From NCBI GenBank assembly GCA_963667495.1, contig OY763426.1:1923615-1987614 (forward strand): DNA of 64,000 nucleotides, read 5' to 3'. Numbering within the stretch: position 1 is the first letter of the stretch; the number at the start of each line of letters is the position of its first letter. Under the pieces are notes generated by a model that was given only the letters and a program-made list of their open reading frames with translations, did not search any database and was not told where the DNA came from. Shown here in pieces: positions 1 through 9,658 of this stretch. Origin of the DNA: Candidatus Binatia bacterium (GTDB lineage: Bacteria > Desulfobacterota > Binatia > Bin18). The translations under genes were made by a program, and so were the position numbers.

Positions 1-912
1 GCTCAGCGGGGCGCTCAACTCGATATTTCGTATTCCGTTCAGAAGCCCGCGACAGACACCATCGCCGTGGACTCGGACAACATCCCGGTCAGGGATAGCA
101 GCGGTGCCCTTGTTTTTCGTCCCGGCGGGCATGGCGCTTTATTGGAAAACCTGGCCGACCTGCAAGGCGATATCATTTTTATCAAGAATATCGATAATGT
201 CCTGCCCGACCGACTCAAGCCCGATACCTACCGGTATAAAAAACTCCTGTGCGGCTATCTGCTCCACCTCCAACAACAGACATTCTTTCATATCGCCCAA
301 CTCAAAGCCTCCCAGCCAAGTACAGCGGACGGTGCGCGTATCCCTATTGAGGCCGCCCGTCGTTTTGCTCAGGACGAGTTGTCGCTTGTCCTGCCGCCAG
401 ACTTTGAGCGCATACCAATCCCAACCCAACGCGATTTTCTCATCGAGCAATTTAATCGGCCGTTGCGTGTGTGTGGAGTGGTGAAGAATACCGGAGAGCC
501 GGGGGGAGGGCCTTTCTGGGTCAGCCAGGCCAACGGCGCTCCCTCGCTCCAAATTGTCGAGTCTGCCCAAGTCGATATGACAAACGCGGAGCAACGAGCA
601 CGCTGGCAAGCGGCCACGCACTTCAATCCGGTTGATCTCGCGTGCGGTGTGCGTGATTACCGTGGACGCCCCTTTCCGCTATCACAATTCACCGACCCCG
701 CGACTGGATTGATCTCCGAGAAATCAAAAGACGGACATTCTCTGCGCGCCCTGGAATTACCGGGGCTGTGGAACGGTGCGATGACGCACTGGAATACGGT
801 CTTTGTGGAAGTGCCGGGCAGTACGTTCCACCCCGTCAAGACGGTGATGGACCTGTTGCGCCCTGAGCATCAGTCCATCCCTGTTCCCCCATTGACAACT
901 CGACCCAATTGA
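1..912 (+). CDS. UGPase-like / DUF4301-like nucleotidyltransferase, 5' end outside window
   Basis: The frame is open from base 1, upstream of the listed ORF 67..912. It carries an FRPGGHGALL motif. The C-terminal FHPVKTVMDLL resembles the FLPVKTxxDLL beta-helix segment of eukaryote-type UDP-glucose pyrophosphorylases. Family assignment is from memory only. Confidence 0.35.
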   Translation, partial: AQRGAQLDISYSVQKPATDTIAVDSDNIPVRDSSGALVFRPGGHGALLENLADLQGDIIFIKNIDNVLPDRLKPDTYRYKKLLCGYLLHLQQQTFFHIAQLKASQPSTADGARIPIEAARRFAQDELSLVLPPDFERIPIPTQRDFLIEQFNRPLRVCGVVKNTGEPGGGPFWVSQANGAPSLQIVESAQVDMTNAEQRARWQAATHFNPVDLACGVRDYRGRPFPLSQFTDPATGLISEKSKDGHSLRALELPGLWNGAMTHWNTVFVEVPGSTFHPVKTVMDLLRPEHQSIPVPPLTTRPN

Positions 913-1025
913 GACTTTTTATAGCGCCAGATTTTCTGGCTGGCCCCTATTCTACGTGGTATGAGAGCAATATTTACGCGGAACAAGGTAGAAGGATTTT
1001 TGCGACTGACATAAGGACAGACACC

Positions 1026-2390
1026 ATGAGTGACGGACCTGTCATGCTGGAAGAATACGCACCGGAATCTCTCCTGACGATTGACGAATACGAGCCCTAT
1101 ATTGGCCAGGAACGGGTCGATGCGCTCAAGCAGCTTGCCACCCCCGTTGAGGGGAAAGGCTGGGCGAATATCAACTCGACCTTTGTGGGCGGTGGGGTGG
1201 CGGAGATGCTGCGGAGCGTGATTCCGTTGGCCCGCTCGCTCGGCGTCCACGCTCGCTGGTTTACCATCCAGGGCCACGAGGCATTTTTTCACGTCACCAA
1301 GAAGTTTCACAATACACTCCAGGGCGTGGACCAGCCGATTGCTCTTCAGGAGCTTTTTGACATCTATTTGGATAATCTGGCCGCTCACGCCAAAAACCCC
1401 GCAATCGAATCTGATCTGATCGTGGTCCATGACCCGCAACCCGCAGCGCTGATTATGAGTGGCCTGCTCATGGGCAATGTGCTGTGGCGGTGCCATATTG
1501 ATACGTCAACGCCGAACCCGACGGTGTGGCGCTTCCTGATTCCCTACCTCAATCAGTATGCGGGTGCGATTTTTACCATGCCCGAGTTTGTCGGACCGGG
1601 ACTACAGATCCCCCACTACCAAATTACGCCGTGCATTGACCCGCGGGCGGAAAAAAATAGGCAGCATACCGAAAACCGGGCAAAAGAGGTGCTCACCCCA
1701 CTGTTCCGGCAGCATGAGATCGACCCGGACCGTCCGATTCTGGCCGCCATTTCCCGCTACGATATCCATAAAAATCAGGCGACTATCCTGAGCGCCTTCA
1801 AACGCCTGTGTCAGGAGAAGACCTACGACCCGGCGCCCTACCTGATCTTTCTCGGCAATACCGCAACCGACGACCCCGAGGGTGCAGCCATGCTGGAGCA
1901 GTTGCAAGCGCAAGCTGGTGCTGACCCCGATATCCGCTTCTGGGTCAATGTCGAAAACAACGATCAGGTCGTCGGTTCGCTGATGCGTCTGGCCCGGGGC
2001 TTCGTCCATGTCTCAACCCGCGAAGGTTTTGGCCTGGTCGTGTCCGAGGCGCTGTGGCAAGGTACCCCGGTCATTGGCTCGCGTGTGGGAGGGATTGTGC
2101 AGCAGGTCGTTGACGGGCAGACGGGCTATCTGGTTGAACCGCTGGACGTTGAGGCAATTGCGGCGAAAATGGCCCGGATTCTTGATGAGCCAGAGCAAAC
2201 GGCACAGCTCGGTCGGCAAGCCCAGGAACACGTCCGCCAAAACTTCCTGCTCCCGGAATTGGTGCGGCGCTACCTGACCCTGCTCCGCTATTACACCGGC
2301 GTTGACCGGGACCACCCGCCGTTCCGCCTGAACCCAACCAGCTATCGCGAGGTGCTGGCCAGCCTCCTGCCGCCGCCGGTTCAGCCATAA
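1026..2390 (+). CDS. GT4-family glycosyltransferase (trehalose-synthase TreT-like / sucrose-synthase-like)
   Basis: The C-terminal EGFGLVVSEALWQGTPVIGSRVGGI matches the EX7E motif of Glycos_transf_1. AAGGA sits 7 nt upstream of the ATG at 1026. The longer 909-start ORF overlaps the preceding gene. Confidence 0.6.
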   Translation: MSDGPVMLEEYAPESLLTIDEYEPYIGQERVDALKQLATPVEGKGWANINSTFVGGGVAEMLRSVIPLARSLGVHARWFTIQGHEAFFHVTKKFHNTLQGVDQPIALQELFDIYLDNLAAHAKNPAIESDLIVVHDPQPAALIMSGLLMGNVLWRCHIDTSTPNPTVWRFLIPYLNQYAGAIFTMPEFVGPGLQIPHYQITPCIDPRAEKNRQHTENRAKEVLTPLFRQHEIDPDRPILAAISRYDIHKNQATILSAFKRLCQEKTYDPAPYLIFLGNTATDDPEGAAMLEQLQAQAGADPDIRFWVNVENNDQVVGSLMRLARGFVHVSTREGFGLVVSEALWQGTPVIGSRVGGIVQQVVDGQTGYLVEPLDVEAIAAKMARILDEPEQTAQLGRQAQEHVRQNFLLPELVRRYLTLLRYYTGVDRDHPPFRLNPTSYREVLASLLPPPVQP

Positions 2391-2503
2391 CCCCGCCCTA
2401 GCTTGGGTCCTTTGAGTTCTTTGGGTCCTTTGGGTCATTGGGTCAACAGACTCTATAGACCCTATTGACTCAACAGACTCTATAGACATAGGCATGAGCG
2501 CGT

Positions 2504-3604
2504 ATGGAGACCATGCTGATTACTGGCGGGGCCGGGTTTATCGGGAGTAATCTGGTCCGCCTCGCTCTGGCCGAAACAACGGCGTCTGTCGTTATCGTTG
2601 ATAAGTTGACGTATGCCGGCAGTCTGAACAATCTTGAAGACGTCCTCCAAAATCCGCGTGTAAGCTTTTCCCGGACCGATATTGCCGAGCAGCCGGCGGT
2701 GGCGGAATTATTCCGGACGTATCGGCCCCAGTCCGTAGTGAACTGTGCCGCGGAGACCCATGTGGACCGTTCCATTGATAATCCCTGGCCATTTGTTGAA
2801 ACGAATCTGATCGGGACATTTTATCTGCTGGAAGAGGCCCGAAAATATATGGCCTCCCTACGCGCCCAGGAGCCGTTCCGATTTTTGCATGTCTCGACAG
2901 ACGAGGTCTACGGCAGCCTCGGACCTGTGGGCAGCTTTTCCGAGTCCAGCCCCTACACGCCGAATTCGCCGTATTCCGCCTCAAAGGCGAGCGCGGACCA
3001 TTTTGTCCGAGCCTATTACGAGACATATGGTCTTCAGACGGTGACCACGAGTTGCTCAAACAATTACGGCCCCTATCAGTTTCCCGAAAAACTCATTCCG
3101 CTGATGATTCTGAACGCCCTTGAGGGCCAACCCCTCCCTATCTATGGCGATGGGCAACACGTCCGCGACTGGCTGCATGTTGAAGACCATTGCCGGGGCA
3201 TTTTGCTGGCTCTGCGGCAGGGTAAGAGTGGTGAACAATATAATATCGGCGGGGGGAGTGAGCGGACCAATCGCGCGGTTGTGGAGCAGCTCTGTACGAT
3301 TCTTGAAGAGTTGCTGCCCGTCTCAAAAAATGCGGCTCTCAAGAGGCAGGGCATTACCGCCTACGCTGACCTGATAACATGTGTGACCGACCGTCCTGGC
3401 CATGACCGGCGCTATGCCATCGATGCCACAAAAATCAGAACCCAGCTCGGCTGGCGGCCACGCTATACGTTCGAGCAGGGCCTGGCACAGACGGTCCGTT
3501 GGTATGTGGACAATCGGCGGTGGTGCGAAGCTATTGGGGCGGACAGGTATAACCGAGCGCGTCTGGGATTAGGTGCTGCGCCCCTGACAAAGGATAGATC
3601 ATGA
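2504..3604 (+). CDS. rfbB: dTDP-glucose 4,6-dehydratase
   Basis: [11 protein letters not shown] Rossmann motif and a YSASKA catalytic motif, about 360 aa. The start may instead be the second ATG at 2513. Confidence 0.9.
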   Translation: METMLITGGAGFIGSNLVRLALAETTASVVIVDKLTYAGSLNNLEDVLQNPRVSFSRTDIAEQPAVAELFRTYRPQSVVNCAAETHVDRSIDNPWPFVETNLIGTFYLLEEARKYMASLRAQEPFRFLHVSTDEVYGSLGPVGSFSESSPYTPNSPYSASKASADHFVRAYYETYGLQTVTTSCSNNYGPYQFPEKLIPLMILNALEGQPLPIYGDGQHVRDWLHVEDHCRGILLALRQGKSGEQYNIGGGSERTNRAVVEQLCTILEELLPVSKNAALKRQGITAYADLITCVTDRPGHDRRYAIDATKIRTQLGWRPRYTFEQGLAQTVRWYVDNRRWCEAIGADRYNRARLGLGAAPLTKDRS

Positions 3605-4476
3605 AAGGTATTATCCTCGCCGGCGGTTCTGGTACGCGGCTGTATCCCATTACCCGGGCAGTCAGCAAACAGCTCATGCCCATCTACGATAAACCGATGA
3701 TCTATTACCCGCTCTCCACGCTGATGCTGGCGGGGATTCGTCAGGTCCTGGTCATTACCACACCCCATGAGCAGGAAGGCTTCCGGCGTCTCCTGAAAGA
3801 TGGTCAGTGGCTTGGCATGGATATCAGCTATGCGACCCAACCCCGCCCCGAAGGCATTGCTCAAGCCTTTCTGATTGGTCGTGATTTCATTGGCAGTGAC
3901 GCGGTTGCGCTTGTTCTCGGCGATAATATCTTCTATGGCCATGGCTTTCCGGACTCGTTGCGCGTGGCGACCCAGCGGACGAGTGGGGCGACCATTTTTG
4001 CCTATCAAGTCCGTAACCCGGAGCAGTACGGAGTTGTGGACTTCGACGCTCAAGGACGCGCTATCGGTCTCGAAGAGAAGCCGTCCAAGCCGCGCTCGAG
4101 CTACGCCGTTACCGGTCTCTATTTCTATGACAATCAGATTGTCTCCATTGCCGCAGACCTCAGGCCCTCCCACCGGGAGGAGTTGGAAATCACGGATGTG
4201 AATCGGGCCTATCTCCGTCTGGGAGGTCTGCATGTGGAAAAACTCGGTCGAGGAATCGCCTGGTTGGACACCGGGACACATGAGACGCTGCTCCACGCCT
4301 CGAATTTTATTCAAGCGCTGCAAGACCGGCAGGGCTTGATGGTCGCCTGTGTCGAAGAAATTGCCTATACCCTGGGGTATATTTCTGAAGCTGAAGTGCT
4401 CCGGCAGGCCAAGAGCATGAAGGGCAATGCCTATGGCCAATATCTCTTCCGTTTGATTCAGAATGAATCAGAATGA
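3601..4476 (+). CDS. rfbA: glucose-1-phosphate thymidylyltransferase
   Basis: [18 protein letters not shown]...SKQL sugar-nucleotidyltransferase signature. It overlaps rfbB by 4 nt. Confidence 0.92.
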   Translation: MKGIILAGGSGTRLYPITRAVSKQLMPIYDKPMIYYPLSTLMLAGIRQVLVITTPHEQEGFRRLLKDGQWLGMDISYATQPRPEGIAQAFLIGRDFIGSDAVALVLGDNIFYGHGFPDSLRVATQRTSGATIFAYQVRNPEQYGVVDFDAQGRAIGLEEKPSKPRSSYAVTGLYFYDNQIVSIAADLRPSHREELEITDVNRAYLRLGGLHVEKLGRGIAWLDTGTHETLLHASNFIQALQDRQGLMVACVEEIAYTLGYISEAEVLRQAKSMKGNAYGQYLFRLIQNESE

Positions 4477-4487
4477 AGAGAGCAGAC

Positions 4488-5057
4488 ATGCGCTTTCTCC
4501 CGACCAGACTCCCTGGCGTTACGGTGATTGAACCGGATGTGCATCACGATGCACGCGGCTTCTTCCTCGAAACCTACCACGCCCGTACCTATCAGGAGGG
4601 CGGGATCACGGCGACGTTTGTCCAGGATAACCATTCTCAATCATCGTATGGTACGCTCCGCGGGCTCCACGCCCAGATTCAGCACCCTCAAGGAAAGCTG
4701 ATCCGAGCCTTGGAAGGCGAAATTTTTGACGTAGCGGTGGATATTCGACGAGGCTCCGCAACCTTTGCCCAATGGATAAGCGTCGTCCTCTCAGCAAAAA
4801 ACTTTCGGCAGCTCTATATTCCGCCCGGCTTTGCCCACGGCTTTGCGGTCCTGAGTGAACGCGCTCAAATTATCTATAAGTGTACGGATTTCTATGATCC
4901 CACTGATGAAATCGGCTTGGCCTGGAATGATCCGGATATCGGTATTGAGTGGCCAGTGAAGACGCCACTGCTCTCAGCAAAAGACTTGGCCGCTCCGTTT
5001 CTGCGAGACATTGAAGCATCCCTGCCCATATTTCAGCCAGAGCCAGGAACGGATTGA
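4488..5057 (+). CDS. rfbC: dTDP-4-dehydrorhamnose 3,5-epimerase
   Basis: The cupin-type RmlC motifs are present (ViepdvhhDaRGFFlEty, GLHaQ, HGFavL). The start is taken at the second in-frame ATG. Confidence 0.88.
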   Translation: MRFLPTRLPGVTVIEPDVHHDARGFFLETYHARTYQEGGITATFVQDNHSQSSYGTLRGLHAQIQHPQGKLIRALEGEIFDVAVDIRRGSATFAQWISVVLSAKNFRQLYIPPGFAHGFAVLSERAQIIYKCTDFYDPTDEIGLAWNDPDIGIEWPVKTPLLSAKDLAAPFLRDIEASLPIFQPEPGTD

Positions 5058-5208
5058 AACAGCACAGACTGGAGCAGCGGCGCACTCTCCGCTTCCCTGC
5101 CCTTCAAGCGGGCGAAACAGGAGGAGGCAACATCCCATGTATTTATTGCTATATCACTAAAGGCTTGCCCACTGGTCTCTCTATGGGAAGCACCCGATAA
5201 ACTGTGCC

Positions 5209-6021
5209 ATGGGATATTCTGACGCCTGTCTACTCGCCGTCCTGCAAGGCTTAACCGAGTTTCTGCCTGTTTCTTCTTCCGGCCACCTCGTCCTTGTCCA
5301 GTATTTCCTCGGCAGTTCAGGAGAAATTGATCTGCTGTACAATATTGCCCTGCATGTTGCGACGGCAGTCGCTCTCCTGACCTATTTCCGTCGCGACCTT
5401 TACGGACTGTGCACCGGTCTCATCCGTACCGCGCCTCCTTCGCCGAGCGTCTTCTCTGGCCGCGAAAGGCAAACCGTTTTCCATATCGTTCTGGCCCTGA
5501 TTCCGACCGCACTCCTCGGGCTGTGTATCGACACCCTCTTCATCCCGTTTTTCCTCCGGCCCGATGTTGTCGGTTGCATGCTCCTCCTGACGGGGTGCTT
5601 GCTCTGGTGGGGCAAAGGACAAGGAGCCCGCACTCCGACAACACAGATGCACGCGCTCCACGCGCTCGTCATCGGTGTCCTCCAGGGCCTTGCCGTTATC
5701 CCTGGCATCTCTCGTTCTGGGGTAACGATTACAGGCGGCATTCTCCTGGGCCTCAAGAGAGAACTCGCGGCGCGCTTCTCTTTGCTTATCTCCATTCCGG
5801 CTATTCTTGGGGCCACCCTGCTGGAAGTCTCAAAGCTGGAGGAGCAGGCCCTGCCGCCCCTCGGCCCCTACGTCGCCGGTATGGTGGTCGCCGGCAGCGT
5901 CGGCTATGCGGCGATTGCTCTCATCCTTCGCCTCGTCCAACAGGAGCGATTTCACCTGTTTGCGTGGTATCTATGGCCCCTCGGTGGTCTGGTGAGTATA
6001 GGATTCCACCTGCTGGGGTAA
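5209..6021 (+). CDS. uppP: undecaprenyl-diphosphatase
   Basis: GLTEFLPVSSSGHL and SRSGvTItgg motifs of the BacA/UppP family. Confidence 0.9.
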   Translation: MGYSDACLLAVLQGLTEFLPVSSSGHLVLVQYFLGSSGEIDLLYNIALHVATAVALLTYFRRDLYGLCTGLIRTAPPSPSVFSGRERQTVFHIVLALIPTALLGLCIDTLFIPFFLRPDVVGCMLLLTGCLLWWGKGQGARTPTTQMHALHALVIGVLQGLAVIPGISRSGVTITGGILLGLKRELAARFSLLISIPAILGATLLEVSKLEEQALPPLGPYVAGMVVAGSVGYAAIALILRLVQQERFHLFAWYLWPLGGLVSIGFHLLG

Positions 6022-6096
6022 CAGCATTTCCGTTCTGTCAAGTGAAATAACCTCCGGCGATCCTGCCGGAAGCGCCGCGTCCGGAGCAGAGCGAGG

Positions 6097-6585
6097 CTAT
6101 TCTTCCGTCTTGATGATTGTGGGGGGGAGGGTGTCCGCCGCCGCGCCGATACGAATGATGAGCGTCCCGCCTTGGTGTTTGCGTCCACCGACAAAAAGCA
6201 TGCCCCGATTCGGAATTGATAACAGCGTGCTCATCAGCGGAGAGGGGGAGGCGCCTTCCATCAGCATCACGTGCAGCGCAATCTGTTCGTTCACATACTC
6301 TTTTGGAACGACCTGGAGGAACCGCCCACCGGGCAAGGAGAAGTTTGCCTGTTTGCCAAACTCGACTTGGCGACGCTCCTCCTGAACCAGACGATAGGCC
6401 GAATAGCGGAAGGCTAAAAGCTGAGAACGCATTCCGGTCAGACGATTATCAAATTCTTGTGAGGTGTCAGTTGCCAGGACGGTCTCAACACGGATATGAA
6501 CCATATCCCCTGCGGCGACTGAGGCAGTACACAGGCAAAACACGAGGACGGCCGGCACGGGAAAAGACAGGCGACACGTATTCAT
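6097..6585 (-). CDS. secreted hypothetical protein (signal peptide), last gene of ECF sigma operon
   Basis: N-terminal hydrophobic signal ending CTASVAAG. It overlaps the anti-sigma gene by 4 nt. Confidence 0.5.
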   Translation of the reverse strand: MNTCRLSFPVPAVLVFCLCTASVAAGDMVHIRVETVLATDTSQEFDNRLTGMRSQLLAFRYSAYRLVQEERRQVEFGKQANFSLPGGRFLQVVPKEYVNEQIALHVMLMEGASPSPLMSTLLSIPNRGMLFVGGRKHQGGTLIIRIGAAADTLPPTIIKTEE

Positions 6586-7136
6586 GGCAGCTTTTCCCCC
6601 AGTGTTTCATCGACCCAGATAACCGTGGCATTACTCGTCGGCTCATTCCAGACCAGGACGGTCGAGGTCGCGGAAAGAGATTCGATCTGGGCTTGATTAT
6701 TGAGGGCGACGACCACCGGCTTCCTGGCAGTCTGGATATGCACCGCTCCCCTCGAAGTCGGGAGCTGAGTGGAGACCGCCGCGGCAAAGAGACACAGACC
6801 AACGGTCGTTGCCCACACCGGAATATGCCACGAGAGGGGAGCGTGCCACTGCATGCGCCAGTGTCGAAAACGGTCCGCCCACTGGCTCGCCAGAGATGGA
6901 GGTTGGGCTGCTATGCCCTGCTCAATGCGAGGCCAGAAATCTGAGAAATCAAGACGAGAGACTTCCTCGTCGAGCGTTTGACATAGGGCCTCGTGCGTGT
7001 GTTCGAGCAATTGCATCCGGTGGGAACACGCTGGACAATCGGCGATCTGATCAGCAGCAGCATAACGCCGAGCCTCATCAAGCTCGTTGTCGTACACAAG
7101 AGAAATGAGTTGTGAGGGGTGAGAACAACTCGCCAT
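6582..7136 (-). CDS. anti-sigma factor, zf-HC2 (ChrR-like) with one TM helix
   Basis: CPACSHRMQLLEHTH zinc-finger motif and a central hydrophobic helix. It is directly downstream of the ECF sigma gene. Confidence 0.7.
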   Translation of the reverse strand: MASCSHPSQLISLVYDNELDEARRYAAADQIADCPACSHRMQLLEHTHEALCQTLDEEVSRLDFSDFWPRIEQGIAAQPPSLASQWADRFRHWRMQWHAPLSWHIPVWATTVGLCLFAAAVSTQLPTSRGAVHIQTARKPVVVALNNQAQIESLSATSTVLVWNEPTSNATVIWVDETLGEKLP

Positions 7137-7240
7137 ACGTTGGGCTATCCTGCTCTTAACGAGCTTCCCACCTGACGGTGCGGGGGAAGGAGGGGGGCGG
7201 TGTCTGACAACGGATGCGAATCATAGGCCAGAAGTCTTGA

Positions 7241-7813
7241 TTAGAGGTCGTGTCCGAGGCGTTTTTGCAGCTTTTTTCTTGCATAGTGCAGGCGACTCAT
7301 CACCGTTCCTCTGGAACACTGCAACACCTGACTGATCTCTTCATAGGACAGCCCCTCGACCGCCCGTAGTAATATGACCGCTTTATGGGCAGGCGTCAAC
7401 TCGTCAATAGCGGCCCGGATATGCTGTCCAAATTCGCGTTCGGCAACCTGATCTGAAGGATCAAGGCCCTGCGTATCTGGAATGCTCTCAATCCAATCGT
7501 CATCGTCATCTCCCCTTGACTGATGTCGCTCGAACAGTGCTCTTCGGCTACGCTGGCGCTGTCGGTCAATAGATAGATTTACAATGATGCGATAAAGCCA
7601 CGTATAGAAACTGGACTCTTCTTTAAACTTGCTGATGCTCGCAAAAACCTTGGTAAACGCTTCTTGGGCAACCTCAAGTGCATCTTCCCGGTCACGAAGC
7701 ATTCCCAGCGCAATTGCGACAGCCTTTCGCTGATACCGCTCGACCAGTTCCTGAAACGCCTGCCGGTCATCCTGCTTGCAACGCCGGACGAGTTCCCAAT
7801 CGCTTACTTCCAC
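7241..7813 (-). CDS. RNA polymerase ECF-type sigma-70 factor
   Basis: Region 2 (YTWLYRIIVNLSIDRQR) and region 4 (LSYEEISQVLQCSRGTVMSRLHYARKKL) motifs. Confidence 0.9.
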   Translation of the reverse strand: MEVSDWELVRRCKQDDRQAFQELVERYQRKAVAIALGMLRDREDALEVAQEAFTKVFASISKFKEESSFYTWLYRIIVNLSIDRQRQRSRRALFERHQSRGDDDDDWIESIPDTQGLDPSDQVAEREFGQHIRAAIDELTPAHKAVILLRAVEGLSYEEISQVLQCSRGTVMSRLHYARKKLQKRLGHDL

Positions 7814-8131
7814 CGTTTTCCAGCATCCTTAGGGTGAGACGTGAAAGGAGACATGACTATTCAGCACAAAGTCGCGAAAAAATACGGAGGTACACCTCCC
7901 CGGCCATAGTATCGGGCGCGCGTCTTTCCTAACAGACCCTCGTCGCTAACTGGAGGAGAAAAAACGAAAGAGGTGTGAATGGCACAGGAGTTTTTACGTC
8001 CAACAGCGGCAGATGCAGTTCCCCCTAGCCCTTGGTCAACTTGACAAGACGGGAAACCGGCCTTAAAGATTTCTGCCAAAAGCAGATTTTCATCATCCTA
8101 TGTATTGCCCATTCTCAGGCGCAACAAAACC

Positions 8132-8887
8132 ATGATCGAAGTACAGAATCTTACCAAACGCTATGGTGACCTGACCGCAGTGTCCGACATCTCTTTTCAG
8201 GCTGAGTCAGGCCAGATCCTTGGGTTTCTCGGACCGAACGGTTCTGGGAAAACCACGACCATGCGCATTATTACAGGCTTTATGCCGGCGACCATGGGAA
8301 CCGTCAAAGTGGCTGGATTTGATATCTTTGATGAATCCTTTGAGGCGCGCAAACGGATCGGCTATCTCCCGGAATCCCCACCGCTCTATAACGATATGAC
8401 GGTCACCGCATATTTGCGTTTTGTCGCCCACATCAAGGGCATGGCTCGCGCGGATATCCCGGACGCTTTGGACCGTGCGCTGGAGCGCTGTGGCCTGACT
8501 GAGGTGGCTTCTCGTGTCACCGGCTACCTTTCAAAAGGCTATCGGCAACGGGTGGGCCTTGCCCAAGCGATTATCCATAACCCGAGCGTCCTCGTTCTGG
8601 ACGAGCCAACAGTTGGCCTCGACCCGCAGCAGATTATTGGTATCCGTTCCCTGATTAAAGAGCTTGCCGGCGAACATACGGTTATCCTGTCTACGCATAT
8701 CCTGCCCGAAGTCGCTCAGGTGTGTGAGAAGGTCGTGATCATTAACGCCGGAAAAGTCGTGGCCGAGGATATGCTAGAGAATCTCGCCCAGGACCAGACG
8801 CTCGAAGACGTGTTTCTCAAAGCCATTGCCCAGGAAGAGCCAGGCGCGGCGGAAACGGAGGAGACGGTGGAGGAGGCCGCGGAATGA
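8132..8887 (+). CDS. ABC transporter ATP-binding protein (ABC-2 type)
   Basis: Walker A GPNGSGKTT, signature LSKGYRQR and Walker B LVLDEPT. Confidence 0.9.
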   Translation: MIEVQNLTKRYGDLTAVSDISFQAESGQILGFLGPNGSGKTTTMRIITGFMPATMGTVKVAGFDIFDESFEARKRIGYLPESPPLYNDMTVTAYLRFVAHIKGMARADIPDALDRALERCGLTEVASRVTGYLSKGYRQRVGLAQAIIHNPSVLVLDEPTVGLDPQQIIGIRSLIKELAGEHTVILSTHILPEVAQVCEKVVIINAGKVVAEDMLENLAQDQTLEDVFLKAIAQEEPGAAETEETVEEAAE

Positions 8888-9654
8888 GAAACGTCTTAAC
8901 CATCGTTCGCAAAGAGCTGCGGGCGTATTTTGTGTCGCCCATTGCCTACGTCGTCCTGACCGGCTTTCTCCTGTTGGGCGGCTGGTTTTTCTTTAACCTC
9001 CTCTCCCGCTTTAATATGCTGCTGAGTATTTATACCCAACTCCAGCAGGGAGCGGCAGATCAGCTGAATCTGAACGAGTTTGTCATCGCCCCGCTGATGC
9101 ATAACCTGTCGATTGTGCTGGTCATTCTCGTTCCCATGATCACGATGCGCGCCTATGCGGAAGAAAAAAAAGGCGGCACCTACGAACTCCTGCTGACCTC
9201 TCCGCTCCGCACGGGTGAGATTGTGTTAGGAAAATTCCTGGCCTCGTTTGTGTTCATTTGCATCATGCTGGGCATGACAGGGGTATACCCGGCGGTGCTG
9301 ATTGCGTTTGGCAATCCGGAGATTGGAGTTCTGCTGGCCGGCTACCTCGGCTTGTTGCTGTTGGCGACTTCTTTTGTGGCCGTCGGGCTCCTCACCTCGT
9401 CGTTTACCGAAAACCAGATCATCGCCGCCGTGAGCGGGCTGGTGGCCACGATGCTGCTGTATATTATCGGTTGGCCGGCAGATACGGCTGGTGAGGTGCT
9501 CGGACCTCTCTTGCGCTATTTATCAGCCACCGATCACTTTGCCGATATGGTCAACGGCCTGATTGACACCCAAGATTTAGTGTACTTTGCCAGCCTTATC
9601 CTGTTGTCCTTATTCTTGACCCAGCGTTCGGTTGAATCGCTGCGCTGGAGGTAA
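8884..9654 (+). CDS. ABC-2 family transporter permease
   Basis: Six predicted TM segments. It overlaps the ATPase gene by 4 nt. Confidence 0.75.
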   Translation: MRNVLTIVRKELRAYFVSPIAYVVLTGFLLLGGWFFFNLLSRFNMLLSIYTQLQQGAADQLNLNEFVIAPLMHNLSIVLVILVPMITMRAYAEEKKGGTYELLLTSPLRTGEIVLGKFLASFVFICIMLGMTGVYPAVLIAFGNPEIGVLLAGYLGLLLLATSFVAVGLLTSSFTENQIIAAVSGLVATMLLYIIGWPADTAGEVLGPLLRYLSATDHFADMVNGLIDTQDLVYFASLILLSLFLTQRSVESLRWR

Positions 9655-9658
9655 TGAT

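Noticed and set aside
909-1025. Long N-terminal extension of the GT4 ORF
   Set aside because: It overlaps the upstream gene. A good SD and ATG at 1026 give a typical GT4 length.
3463-4440. 325-aa minus-strand ORF
   Set aside because: Antisense to rfbA.
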